Positions 29,442-38,625 of a stretch of DNA of 64,000 bases are shown here, piece after piece. The notes under the pieces were generated by a model. It was not told the origin of the DNA, searched no databases, and saw only the letters and a program-made list of their open reading frames with translations. A program made the position numbers and the translations under genes. Each line of letters opens with the position of its first letter. Position 1 is the first letter of the stretch. This DNA comes from Chloroflexota bacterium (lineage in GTDB: Bacteria > Chloroflexota > Dehalococcoidia > JACQUO01). The stretch lies in contig JACQUO010000023.1 of assembly GCA_016210205.1 (NCBI GenBank), positions 153,711 through 217,710 of the forward strand. Direction: 5' to 3'.

Positions 29442-30169
29442 GGCTGGCTCCGTCGATAGTGGCGCCGGAAGAAGATTCCCAGGGTGTCCAGGATGATGTT
29501 GCGGATGTCCCGCGGCCTGATGCGCCCCATCTGGCGCTGATAGTCCAGCTCTATGGGGGCTTCAGCGAAGCGGTATCCCAGCATATGGGCCACCACCAGC
29601 AGCTCCAAATCGAAGGCGAACCGCTTCACCACCAGGCGGGGCAGCACCCGGCGCAGCACCTCCGCCTTGAAGAGCTTGAGCCCCGTCTGGGTGTCCCGCA
29701 CCGGCAGCCCGAAGAGCAGGCGCACCATCCCGTAATACACAATGCTCATGAGGCGACGCTTCCAGGGGTAGCGGAGGTTGGACTGGGGGTGCCGCTTGGA
29801 GCCGATGACCAGGTCCGCCCCTGTCTCTTGCATCACCCGCCACAGGTTAGCCAGCTGCCTGGGGTTGAGGTCCAGGTCGGCATCCACGAAGGCCACATAG
29901 TCCCCCGTCGCCTGGCCCGCCCCGTACTTCAGGGCGTAACCTTTGCCAGCGTTGTTGGGGTAGCGCACCACCTTCACCTGGGGGAGCTCCTGGGCCACCC
30001 CTCGGGCCACCTTCGCGGTGTTGTCCCGACTGCCATCATCCACCACCACCAGCTCGAAAGGGACACCGTTCAAGCAGCGCACCGTCTCCCGCAGGGTGTG
30101 GGCGATGTTCTCCTCCTCGTTATAGGCGGGCATGATGACAGAGAGTTTGCTGGCCCTCAAGCCTTCCAT
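29438..30169 (-). CDS. Glycosyltransferase family 2 (polyprenol-phosphate glycosyltransferase-like)
   Basis: SVIMPAYNEE, VDDGSRD, NAGKGYA, DAD, DTQTGLK, FAFDLELL. Confidence 0.92.
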   Translation of the reverse strand: MEGLRASKLSVIMPAYNEEENIAHTLRETVRCLNGVPFELVVVDDGSRDNTAKVARGVAQELPQVKVVRYPNNAGKGYALKYGAGQATGDYVAFVDADLDLNPRQLANLWRVMQETGADLVIGSKRHPQSNLRYPWKRRLMSIVYYGMVRLLFGLPVRDTQTGLKLFKAEVLRRVLPRLVVKRFAFDLELLVVAHMLGYRFAEAPIELDYQRQMGRIRPRDIRNIILDTLGIFFRRHYRRSQP

Positions 30170-30420
30170 AGCATAGCATCCTATCTTAGCTACCCATGAC
30201 AGCCTGCGCCGGCCCTAGCCGCGGCCCCGGGGCTTTGCGGCAGCCAACGAATCTTATCGGATGAAATCCCCCTAGTGTATCCTGATAAAAGTCTAAGCTT
30301 GGCTTAATACCCTTGTCAAGGCTTCCTTCTCAGGCAAGCAGAATTACAAAGACAAGCTGTTCCCCGCAAGCCCAGGAAGACTCTATCCAAGGGGCCGGTC
30401 TGACCTGAAGGCGTGGCGTA

Positions 30421-30449
30421 TTGACAAGCTGTATGGCTATTGGTATCAT
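30421..30449 (+). promoter_or_regulatory. Sigma70-type promoter of glmS
   Basis: TTGACA-17 nt-TATCAT with TG extension. Confidence 0.65.
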
Positions 30450-30481
30450 CTGCAATTAATTACCTCAGGCAGGCGCATACT

Positions 30482-32266
30482 GTGTGTGGCATAGCTGGCT
30501 TCGTCGGGTCGGAACCCGCCGCCCCCATGGTCTTCAAGGCCCTGACTCGCCTGGAGTACCGGGGGTATGATTCGGCGGGCCTGGCCACCATATCGCGCGG
30601 CCACCTCTGGCACAAAAAGGGCGTGGGCAAGCTGCCGGAGGTCCAGGCCCAGCTGAACCTGGATAAAATGCCCGGGACAGTGGGCATCGGCCATGTGCGC
30701 TGGGCCACCCACGGCGCGGTAACCGATGCCAATGCCCACCCCCACCTGGACTGCCGCGGGCGCATCGCCGTGGTCCATAACGGCATCATCGAGAACTACC
30801 AGGAGCTTCGGGCCAGCCTGTCCCCCACCCACCGCTTCCTCTCCGAGACCGACAGCGAAGTCATACCCCACCTTATCGAGGCCCACATGGCCCAGGGGAT
30901 GTCCCTGGAGGACGCCTGCTATCATACCTCCCGGCAACTCAAAGGCTCCTATGCCTTTCTGGCCATCGCCGCTTCCGAGCCGGACAAAATCGTGGCCTGC
31001 CGCCAAGACAGCCCCCTGGTGGTGGGCCACAGCCAGGGACGATGCTTCATCGCCAGCGATGTCCCCTCTTTCCTGGAGCACACCAACCAGGTGACCTATA
31101 TGGAAGACGGCGAGATGGTGGTGCTGGTTCCCGGCCAGGCCACCTTCTACAACGGGCTGAAGGGAGACCTCCGGGAGCCCTTGGCTAAAGAGGTCAGCCA
31201 GATAGATTGGACGCTGGAGGACATCTCCAAGCAGGGCTACGACTACTTTATGCTCAAGGAGATAATGGAGGAGCCCACCACCATCAGGCGCGCCCTGGAG
31301 CAGGACCGCCAGCTTGTCATGGATGCCGCCATGGATATCTTGCGGGCGCGGCAGGTGGTGATAACGGCCTGCGGCACCTCCCGCTATGCCGCCCTCATCG
31401 GGCGCTATCTCTTCTCCAAGCTGGCAGGCAAGTTCTGCGATGTGGTCATGGCCTCGGAGTTCCAGTATTTCTCCGACTCGGTGGACAAGAACACCCTGGT
31501 CATCGCCGTGTCCCAGAGCGGGGAGACCGCCGATGTCATGGAAGGGGTGCGCCGGGCCAAGGCCAACGAGGCCCAGGTCTTGTCCATCGTCAACACGCAG
31601 GGCTCCTCGGTAGCCCGGGCCAGCGACCGGGTGATTTATCTCGACTGCGGCCCAGAAATGGCCGTGGCGGCCACCAAGTCCTTCGTCTCCCAACTGGCGG
31701 TCTTCTATCTCCTGGCCTATGCCATGCGCTCCAGGCTGGATGAAGGGATTGCCAAGCTCAAGGCCGCGGCTGGGGCAATCGAGCGGGAGCTGAAGGATAA
31801 CTTCAAGAAGGTGGAGCGGCTGGCAGAGGTCACCAAAGACAGGGCCGACTACTATTTCATCGCCCGGGGGGCTAACTTCGCCATCGCCACCGAGGGGGCT
31901 CTCAAGCTCAAGGAGATTTCCTATATCCACGCCGAGGGCATGCCCGCGGGGGAGCTCAAGCATGGCACCCTCTCCCTCATCGAAGACGGCACCCCGGTGG
32001 TGGTCATCTGCCCCCAGGACTACACCCATGCCGAGACCCTGAGCAACGCCATGGAGGCGCGCGCCCGGGGGGCCTACATCATCGGCGTCTCCGATGCTGA
32101 CCACGAGGCCTTTCACGAGTGGATAAGAATCCCCCAGACGGAAGAGGTTTTCTACCCCCTGGTCACCGTCATCCCCCTCCAGCTCCTGGCCTACTACCTG
32201 GCCCTGGCCCGAGGCCTCGACCCCGACCACCCCCGCCACCTGGCCAAGTCCGTTACCGTGAAGTAG
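30482..32266 (+). CDS. glmS: Glutamine--fructose-6-phosphate transaminase
   Basis: GTG start then CGI (Ntn Cys), LEYRGYDSAG, H.RWATHG, SQSGETAD, GELKHG, LAKSVTV. Confidence 0.97.
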   Translation: MCGIAGFVGSEPAAPMVFKALTRLEYRGYDSAGLATISRGHLWHKKGVGKLPEVQAQLNLDKMPGTVGIGHVRWATHGAVTDANAHPHLDCRGRIAVVHNGIIENYQELRASLSPTHRFLSETDSEVIPHLIEAHMAQGMSLEDACYHTSRQLKGSYAFLAIAASEPDKIVACRQDSPLVVGHSQGRCFIASDVPSFLEHTNQVTYMEDGEMVVLVPGQATFYNGLKGDLREPLAKEVSQIDWTLEDISKQGYDYFMLKEIMEEPTTIRRALEQDRQLVMDAAMDILRARQVVITACGTSRYAALIGRYLFSKLAGKFCDVVMASEFQYFSDSVDKNTLVIAVSQSGETADVMEGVRRAKANEAQVLSIVNTQGSSVARASDRVIYLDCGPEMAVAATKSFVSQLAVFYLLAYAMRSRLDEGIAKLKAAAGAIERELKDNFKKVERLAEVTKDRADYYFIARGANFAIATEGALKLKEISYIHAEGMPAGELKHGTLSLIEDGTPVVVICPQDYTHAETLSNAMEARARGAYIIGVSDADHEAFHEWIRIPQTEEVFYPLVTVIPLQLLAYYLALARGLDPDHPRHLAKSVTVK

Positions 32267-32490
32267 CTCCGCCCGCTGCCGTCCAGCCGCTGGCCGGTGA
32301 ACTTCCTGTACGTGGGGACGGAGCCGGAGCGGGCCGAGCCGAAGGGGTAGAATCGCATCTCACCCACCTTATCTCCAGAGCTATCGGTGGTCAGCGCCGT
32401 CCCAGTCAGGTGGTCTTGGTGGAGCCAAGGGAGGTTCGCGCCCTTCTTCGTCGTCACCAGTCTCCCCCCCAGATAGTAGCTCAGCGTCGC
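32263..32490 (-). pseudogene. RHS repeat-associated core fragment
   Basis: YYLGGRLV...LHQDHLTGTALTTD.SG....RFYPFG.......KFTGQRLD; breaks off at the glmS stop before the expected YYxARYYDP; no start and no toxin domain. Confidence 0.75.
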
Positions 32491-32505
32491 CCGGCTGCCG
32501 CCTAG

Positions 32506-32843
32506 AGAGACGTTGCCCTCTATCCACCCCTGGCCCGGCGCCTGGCGGAAGACTATCGGCAGAGAGTGAGCACCAGCGCGGGGCGTGAGGGCCACGAAAG
32601 GCTGTCAGAGCGCGAGCGGCAGGTCCTGGCTTTAATCGCCCAGGGCTGCACCAACCAGGAAATCGCGACCGCCTGGTCCTCAACGTGTACACTATTCAGA
32701 CTCACCGGGCCTGCATCATGGAAAAGCTGAACCTCTGCAGCAAAGCCCAACTCATTAAGGCCGCCATCCGTATGGGCTTTCTCAAACCACTTGGGGGCGC
32801 CGTCATACCAGTCAATAGAGATGCCCCTAACCAGCGTAAGTAA
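32506..32843 (+). pseudogene. Frameshifted C-terminal remnant of a NarL/LuxR-family response regulator
   Basis: LYPPLARRLAEDY...LSERERQVLALIAQGCTNQEIA, then a 1-nt frameshift near 32666, then DRLVLNVYTIQTHRACIMEKLNL.SKAQLIKAAIRMG; receiver domain absent. Confidence 0.85.
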
Positions 32844-33084
32844 GGTAAAGCCGCCGACGTCCGGTTCTTCTCTCCGCCTCCTCCTGTGGCCCCCGCGGGC
32901 CGCTCAGCGCACAAGGCGACTTGACAACCCCAGGCCGTTTCTGGTATACATCACGCAGCGAAGACACTTATCGTGCCCCTATCTGAGCCAAACCTAATAA
33001 TGAAATGATTGGGAAAAAGATATATCCCGCAGGCCTTTTTGAAGATTGTAAGGTAAAGGTGATAAGGTAAGCGGGCCCAAGAAT

Positions 33085-35337
33085 GTGAACTTAGGGAGGC
33101 ATCTCGTGAGGGGCGCTAAGTCTTTATCCCTAGTAGCCGGCATTTTAGCCGCTGGGCTGGCCCTGACTCTAGCTGCCTGCGCCGGCCCGGTGGGCCCAGC
33201 GGGGCCTACGGGCCCGGCCGGACCGGCGGGGCCTGAAGCGGTCGTCCCCGCCGATGGGGTGGTTTCCACCATCACCGACGTCACCATCGGCGCCGACCGC
33301 AAGCCGGTGGTGAGCTTCACCGTCGCGGACGGGAAGGGACAGCCCCTCAAAATCTCCGACCTGGGCGGCTACCCCCGCTTCACCATCGCCTATGTCAAGG
33401 AAGACGCTGCCACCAAGCTCACCGAGTATGTCAACTACGTGCTGGCCGATGTCACGGGCGCGCCTTTCACCTACAAAGGAGAGACCAAGCAGCCCGTCCT
33501 GGCCTCGGTGAAGGCCCGCCCCGGCTACGACCCCCTGCCCACCCCCGCCCCCGTCTTCCCCGCGCCTCTCCCAGGGCTTAAGGAGGTCGCAAGAGGCAGC
33601 TACACCTACACCTTCGTCACCGCCCTTCCGGAAGGGTTTGACCGCAACGCCACCCATGTGGTGGGAGGCGCCATCACCCGGCTCGATCCCATCACCAAGG
33701 CCACCAGCACCTTCGCCGCCAACCCCATCTTTGAGTTTGTCCCCGCCGGCGGCGAGGTGAAGGCGACGCGCAAGGTGGTGGCCACCGCTTCCTGCAACCA
33801 GTGCCACGACCCGCTGGCCCTCCACGGCGGCAGCCGGCGCGAGACCCGCCTCTGCGTCCTGTGCCACACCCCCCAGAACATCGACCCCGAGAGCGGCAAC
33901 ACCCCCCTGTTCAAAGTGATGATTCACAAAATCCACCGGGGAGCAAACCTGCCCAGCGTGAAGGCCGGCACCCCTTACTTCATCGTGGGAAATGCGCAGA
34001 ATGTAGCTGACTTCAGCGAAATCGGCTGGCCCCAGGACATCCGCAACTGCACCACCTGCCACGGCCGGCCGCCCGCGGGGGTGAAGGCCGAGGACTACGC
34101 CAAGCTGGCTCCCCAGGCTGATAACTACAAGACCGCCCCCAGCCGGGCCGCCTGCGGCGCTTGCCACGATAACATCGACTTCGCCACAGGCAAGGCCATC
34201 AACAAGGGCACCAGGGACCACCCCGGCGGGGCGCAGGCCAACGACCAGCTCTGCGCCACCTGCCATGTGGCCGACAGCGGGGCGGAGTTCGACGCCTCCG
34301 TCGTGGGCGCCCATGTCATCCCGGAGCGCTCCAAGCAGCTCCAGGGCGTGGTCCTCGCCCTGGACGGGGCCACCGTCAAGCCCGGCGAGAAGCCTCAGGT
34401 GGACTTCTCCCTCAAGGATGGCGCGGGCGTGGCCCTGGACCCCAACAAGTTCGACTTCCTGGAGCTAACCTACGCCTACCCCACCACCGACTACGCCAAC
34501 CGGGTCACGGAGAATGTAAACCAGATAGTGGCACCTCCCGCCGCTCCCTTCGTGCGCGCGGGAACCCTGGCCGACCTGGGTGGCGGCAAGTACCGCTATA
34601 CCTTCTCCGCCCCCATTGACGCCAGCGCCAAGGGCTCCGTGGGCATCGGCATGGGCGGCTACAGGAATGTCACTATCAAGGGAAACGAGGGCAAGGATGT
34701 CCTGGTCCGGGAGGCGAACATCAACCCGGTCATCTATGCCTCCCTGGATGCCACCAAGGCGGTGGCCCGCCGCTCCGTGGTGGACCGCAACAACTGCAAC
34801 CAGTGCCACCTGGACCTGGGCAACCCGGCGGGTATGTCCCTCCACGGTGGCATCCGGCGCAACACCGAATACTGCATCCTCTGCCACAACCCCAACCAGA
34901 CCGATGAGGCCCGCCGGCCCAAGGAGAAGATGCCCCCGGAGAGCATCCAGTACAAGTACATGATTCACAGCCTCCATATAGGGGAGGAGCGGTCGGTGCC
35001 CACCGAGTTCATCGGGCGAGCCGTGGCCGCCACCGAGGAGGTCTTCTTCCCCACCCCGGGCGGGCAAGCCAACTGCACGAAGTGCCACAAGGCGGGCACC
35101 CAGACCATCCCGTTGCCCGCCGGCGTGCTGCCCATGACGGTGACCCAGGAGGGAAAGGTGGTCTCAGTGACCCAGCCCATCTCCGCCGCCTGCAAGGCCT
35201 GCCACATCGGGAAGCCCGGCTTCGATGCCCACGCGGATACCATGACCTCGGCCAAATTCGGCGAGGCCTGCGCCAACTGCCACGGCGAGGGCGCAGACTT
35301 CGCGGTGACCAAGGTGCACCAGCTGCTTCGACGCTAA
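33085..35337 (+). CDS. Decaheme c-type cytochrome lipoprotein, OmcA/MtrC family
   Basis: Lipobox LAAC, GPxGPxGP collagen-like run, 10 CxxCH in a 5+5 layout separated by beta-rich domains, LHGG.R and MIH.IH motifs. Confidence 0.9.
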   Translation: MNLGRHLVRGAKSLSLVAGILAAGLALTLAACAGPVGPAGPTGPAGPAGPEAVVPADGVVSTITDVTIGADRKPVVSFTVADGKGQPLKISDLGGYPRFTIAYVKEDAATKLTEYVNYVLADVTGAPFTYKGETKQPVLASVKARPGYDPLPTPAPVFPAPLPGLKEVARGSYTYTFVTALPEGFDRNATHVVGGAITRLDPITKATSTFAANPIFEFVPAGGEVKATRKVVATASCNQCHDPLALHGGSRRETRLCVLCHTPQNIDPESGNTPLFKVMIHKIHRGANLPSVKAGTPYFIVGNAQNVADFSEIGWPQDIRNCTTCHGRPPAGVKAEDYAKLAPQADNYKTAPSRAACGACHDNIDFATGKAINKGTRDHPGGAQANDQLCATCHVADSGAEFDASVVGAHVIPERSKQLQGVVLALDGATVKPGEKPQVDFSLKDGAGVALDPNKFDFLELTYAYPTTDYANRVTENVNQIVAPPAAPFVRAGTLADLGGGKYRYTFSAPIDASAKGSVGIGMGGYRNVTIKGNEGKDVLVREANINPVIYASLDATKAVARRSVVDRNNCNQCHLDLGNPAGMSLHGGIRRNTEYCILCHNPNQTDEARRPKEKMPPESIQYKYMIHSLHIGEERSVPTEFIGRAVAATEEVFFPTPGGQANCTKCHKAGTQTIPLPAGVLPMTVTQEGKVVSVTQPISAACKACHIGKPGFDAHADTMTSAKFGEACANCHGEGADFAVTKVHQLLRR

Positions 35338-35364
35338 ACGAGCGTGAGCGACAGTACGGAAGCA

Positions 35365-35395
35365 AAGGGGCCCCCTTTTAAGCAGGGGGCCCCTT
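35365..35395. terminator. Hairpin after decaheme cytochrome
   Basis: AAGGGGCCCCCT ... AGGGGGCCCCTT perfect 12-bp stem. Confidence 0.6.
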
Positions 35396-35522
35396 CCTTG
35401 CCCTGGAAATGGACTCCGCCGCCTCGTTCCATTATGATATGTGATAAGCGATACCAATGGGAGAGCGGGCAGGCCGAGGGCGACCGCGAGGATACACCCC
35501 TTGAAGGACGGAGGACCAGCCG

Positions 35523-36041
35523 ATGACCAAACGCAACAGGAAAGTCAGCCGGCCCAGCCAACCTCGGCCTAGAGGAAGGAGCCGGAAGAGGCTCTACTTC
35601 GGCATCGCCATCGCCGCCACCCTGGTGGTGGGACTGGGGGCCGTGCTGGCGACCAGAGGCGGCGGGCCTTCCCAGGGAGGTGCTCCCTCAGCGGGGGGCG
35701 CCCCCCTGCCCGAATGGCTCGCCCGGTCGCCCGCCCAGGTCAGAGAAGCCTACGCCTATGCTGCCGAGCACCCCGAGACCACGAGCTACGTCCCCTGCTA
35801 CTGCGGCTGCGGGATCCACGATGGCCATCGCAGCGCTAAGGAGTGTTTCGTCGCTGCTCGGCCATCCGGCTCTGCCCTGGTCTATGACCGGCATGGGGCG
35901 GGCTGTGACATGTGCGTGGACATCGCGCTGATGGTGAAACGGACGCTGGCCGGGGGCGGCTCCCTGCGGGAGGCGAGGCTGGCCGTGGAGAAGAAGTATA
36001 GCTGGGTGGGGCCCCCCACCGATACCCCGCCCCTTCCCTGA
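35523..36041 (+). CDS. PCYCGC-motif membrane-anchored protein
   Basis: Basic N-terminus + TM, VPCYCGC..DGH.S..ECF, DRHGAGCDMC. Confidence 0.88.
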   Translation: MTKRNRKVSRPSQPRPRGRSRKRLYFGIAIAATLVVGLGAVLATRGGGPSQGGAPSAGGAPLPEWLARSPAQVREAYAYAAEHPETTSYVPCYCGCGIHDGHRSAKECFVAARPSGSALVYDRHGAGCDMCVDIALMVKRTLAGGGSLREARLAVEKKYSWVGPPTDTPPLP

Positions 36042-36109
36042 AGGAAAGATACCACCCCGATAGCCCTTCGGGCTCAGCCGCAGGGCTCAGACTCCGAGCT
36101 AACCACATA

Positions 36110-36184
36110 TGGTGAGCCGGGTGGGATTCGAACCCACGACACCCGGATTAAAAGTCCGGTGCTCTTCCACTGAGCTACCGGCCC
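36110..36184 (-). tRNA. tRNA-Lys (UUU)
   Basis: GGGCCGGTAGCTCAG...CCGGA-CTTTTAA-TCCGG...GGTTCGAATCC...CGGCTCACCA; full cloverleaf with encoded CCA. Confidence 0.97.
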
Positions 36185-36264
36185 CCACTTACCACGCCGC
36201 GGGGCCTGCGGCTGCCTGGGTATTCTATCAAGGCCAAGCCCTGGGGGCAATGCGCTCGGGCCCT

Positions 36265-36825
36265 TTAGCCACCCGGCCTCACCAAGGGGAGACCTGCCTT
36301 GCACTGGGGACAGTCCGCGGGCTCATAGGTGTTGATGTCAATGTTGAAGCAACTGTAGAGGGGCACACCGAAGTCCGACTTCCCCTTGGCGCGGTCCGCC
36401 AGCACCCCTACCCCCATCACCTCGCCCCCCCAGCGCTTCACCTCCGCGATGACCTCGCGAATGGAGCCGCCGGTGGTCAGGATGTCGTCCACCACCAGGA
36501 CGCGCTCTTTGGGGAGGAGGGAGAAGCCCCGCCGGAAGGAACGGCCGTCGCCGTCTCGCTCGGCGAAGATGCCCCTCACCCCTAATGAACGGGCCACCTC
36601 AAAGGCGATGAGGATGCCGCCTACCGTCGGCCCCGCTACCACCTGTACGCCATCCTTCTGGAAATGGCGGGCAATCATCCGGCAAAGCTGGGCCGTGTAA
36701 TGGGGGTACTGGAGGACATGAAACTTCTCCAGGTAGATGGGGGAGTGCAACCCCGAAGTCAGAAGGAAATGGCCCTCCAGGAAGGCCCCGGCCTCCCGGA
36801 AGATGAGCTCCGCCGTTTTGGTCAC
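36265..36825 (-). CDS. pyrE: Orotate phosphoribosyltransferase
   Basis: GHFLLTSGLHS, VLVVDDILTTGGS PRPP motif, C-terminal CPQC. Confidence 0.95.
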   Translation of the reverse strand: MTKTAELIFREAGAFLEGHFLLTSGLHSPIYLEKFHVLQYPHYTAQLCRMIARHFQKDGVQVVAGPTVGGILIAFEVARSLGVRGIFAERDGDGRSFRRGFSLLPKERVLVVDDILTTGGSIREVIAEVKRWGGEVMGVGVLADRAKGKSDFGVPLYSCFNIDINTYEPADCPQCKAGLPLVRPGG

Positions 36826-36843
36826 GTTGGCCTCTTTGCTCTC

Positions 36844-37380
36844 TTATTTCTCTGAGGAAGCCACTGCCAAGGGAGGGGAGGACACCAGGCCAAGCCGGCT
36901 GGTGGGCCAGAGAATGAGCCAGACCCGCCCCACAATGTCCTGCTGGGACACCGTGCCCCAGTGCCGGGAATCGGTGCTGTTGTTGCGGTTGTCCCCCATG
37001 AGGAAGTAATGATAGGGCTCAACCGTCACTTTTTCCAGGGGTTTTACGATGGCCTCGGGGAGGTAAGGCTCTTCCAGAGGCCTCCCGTTCAAATAGACCT
37101 TGCCCACCTTTATCTCAATGGTATCCCCCGGGCCGGCGATGACGCGTTTGATATAGGTGGCGTCGGAGGCGTTGGACCACTTGGCGACGACCACCTCGCC
37201 CCGCTGGGGCAGCCCCAGCAGATAGGCTTGCTTGTTCACCAGGACCCAGCCGCCATTGGGGAAGTTGGGTTCAGAGCTGGCGCCCACCACTTCATAGACC
37301 TGTAGCACCGCCTGAAGGCTAATGTATATGACAACTGCGATGGCGATGATTTGCAGGACTTCTTTAACAGCACTCCGCAT
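36844..37380 (-). CDS. lepB: Signal peptidase I
   Basis: TM, GASSEPN (Ser), YIKRVI (Lys), MGDNRNNSTDSR. Confidence 0.93.
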   Translation of the reverse strand: MRSAVKEVLQIIAIAVVIYISLQAVLQVYEVVGASSEPNFPNGGWVLVNKQAYLLGLPQRGEVVVAKWSNASDATYIKRVIAGPGDTIEIKVGKVYLNGRPLEEPYLPEAIVKPLEKVTVEPYHYFLMGDNRNNSTDSRHWGTVSQQDIVGRVWLILWPTSRLGLVSSPPLAVASSEK

Positions 37381-37460
37381 GGTAAAACCATTATAGTGCA
37401 AATTCCAGGCTCCTTCCAGTATGGCCAGGCTGAAGCTTGAAACCAAACGAGCCCCCGATG

Positions 37461-37603
37461 AGAGATCGTTTAGCAAGCCTTACGACCATCCCCTTGACCC
37501 CCCTTCCCGGTCAGGAAGGGGGAATCGAATGAAGCTGGGGGACACCCCAGACCCCCGACAAGGGGAGCATTGCCCCCTTGTAACCCTCATTTCTAAACGC
37601 TCT
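37461..37603. repeat. MITE-like element with shared core (copy 2)
   Basis: CCCCCTTCC..GGAAGGGGG hairpin + CTGGGGGACACCCCCAGACCCCCG; imperfect terminal IRs AGAGATCGTTTAGCAA / TTTCTAAACGCTCT. Confidence 0.65.
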
Positions 37604-37686
37604 ACCCCCCGATGACCCCCAAAAGCCCTAACTTCATGACGGATTATTCGTTATACTAAGCGAAGACACCCGAGAGGAGGCACCCT

Positions 37687-38517
37687 ATGAATCCGAGACC
37701 CTGGCGTCTCTATCTGGGCCTGGCTTTGCTCTTGGCCCCCCTCCTAGCCGTCGCCTGCGCCCCTGCCACCACCCCCACGCCGTCAACAGCTGTCCTGCCG
37801 GCCCCTCCTGGCAGGGCAGCCTCCGGTGTCCCTGCGGCAGGCTCCCTGGCAGCCCCGTATGGCTCCCCAGTATCCAGCTCCCAGCAGACAGGCTTGTGGG
37901 TGAGCGGCACTGGCCGGGCCACCACCAAGCCGGACATCGCCCTCCTGCAGTTGGGGGTGGAGGCCCGGGATAAGACGGTGGCGGCCGCCCAGGCCAGCGC
38001 CACCGGGGCCATGGCCAAGGTCATGGGCGTGCTCAAAGACCAGGGCGTGGCGGAGAAGGATCTCCGCACCACCCAGTTCTCCATCGAGCCCATCACCCGC
38101 TGGAATAAAGATAAGGAGCAGGCGGAAATCACCGGCTACCGGGTAAGCAATATGGTGAACGCCCGACTCCGGGCCCTGGACAAGGTGGGAGCCATCATCG
38201 ACGCCGCCGCCGCCGCCGGGGGCGACCTCGTCCGCATCCAGGGCATCTCCTTCACCGTGGAGGACCCCACCCCCTACGCCCAGGAGGCACGGGGCAAAGC
38301 GGTGCTGGAGGCCAAAGCCAAGGCGCAGCAAATCGCCGCCGCCGCCGGCATCGCCCTGGGCAAGCCCATCTACATCTCGGAGGGCAGCGTGAGCCTCCCC
38401 GTCCCCGCGCCCGCCATGCGGGCCCTGACGGCAGAGGGCATGGCCGCGGCCGTCCCCATCAGCCCGGGGGAGCTGGAGGTCACCGCGAGCATCCAGATGG
38501 TCTATAGCCTGGAGTAG
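37687..38517 (+). CDS. SIMPL (DUF541) domain lipoprotein
   Basis: Lipobox AVAC, V.GTG...KPDIA...GVE, ITGYRVSN, PISPGE. Confidence 0.9.
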   Translation: MNPRPWRLYLGLALLLAPLLAVACAPATTPTPSTAVLPAPPGRAASGVPAAGSLAAPYGSPVSSSQQTGLWVSGTGRATTKPDIALLQLGVEARDKTVAAAQASATGAMAKVMGVLKDQGVAEKDLRTTQFSIEPITRWNKDKEQAEITGYRVSNMVNARLRALDKVGAIIDAAAAAGGDLVRIQGISFTVEDPTPYAQEARGKAVLEAKAKAQQIAAAAGIALGKPIYISEGSVSLPVPAPAMRALTAEGMAAAVPISPGELEVTASIQMVYSLE

Positions 38518-38534
38518 CCCCCAAAGGCTCACCG

Positions 38535-38569
38535 AAAGCCAGCGGCTGAGCCCAGCGCCGCTGGCTTTT
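38535..38569 (+). terminator. Intrinsic terminator
   Basis: AAAGCCAGCGG ... CCGCTGGCTTTT. Confidence 0.7.
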
Positions 38570-38575
38570 CTTACC

Positions 38576-38604
38576 TTGAATTGCCGCCTGCACCTTGATA
38601 CAAT
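38576..38604 (+). promoter_or_regulatory. Sigma70-type promoter of dcd-rib operon
   Basis: TTGAAT-17 nt-TACAAT with TG extension. Confidence 0.55.
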
Positions 38605-38625
38605 GGCCCAGGAAAGGGCGGGCAG

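Noticed and set aside
30170-30481. glmS ribozyme or c-di-GMP-I riboswitch in the GT2/glmS intergenic region
   Set aside because: No ribozyme core, and the glmS leader is too short; CGCAAAGC on the minus strand lacks the GGCAAA/GAAA P2 half
32417-32443. TGGTGGAGCCAAGGGAGGTTCG resembling a reversed tRNA 3' end (att site)
   Set aside because: Explained by RHS codons (LPWLHQ), does not match tRNA-Lys, and the T-arm is incomplete
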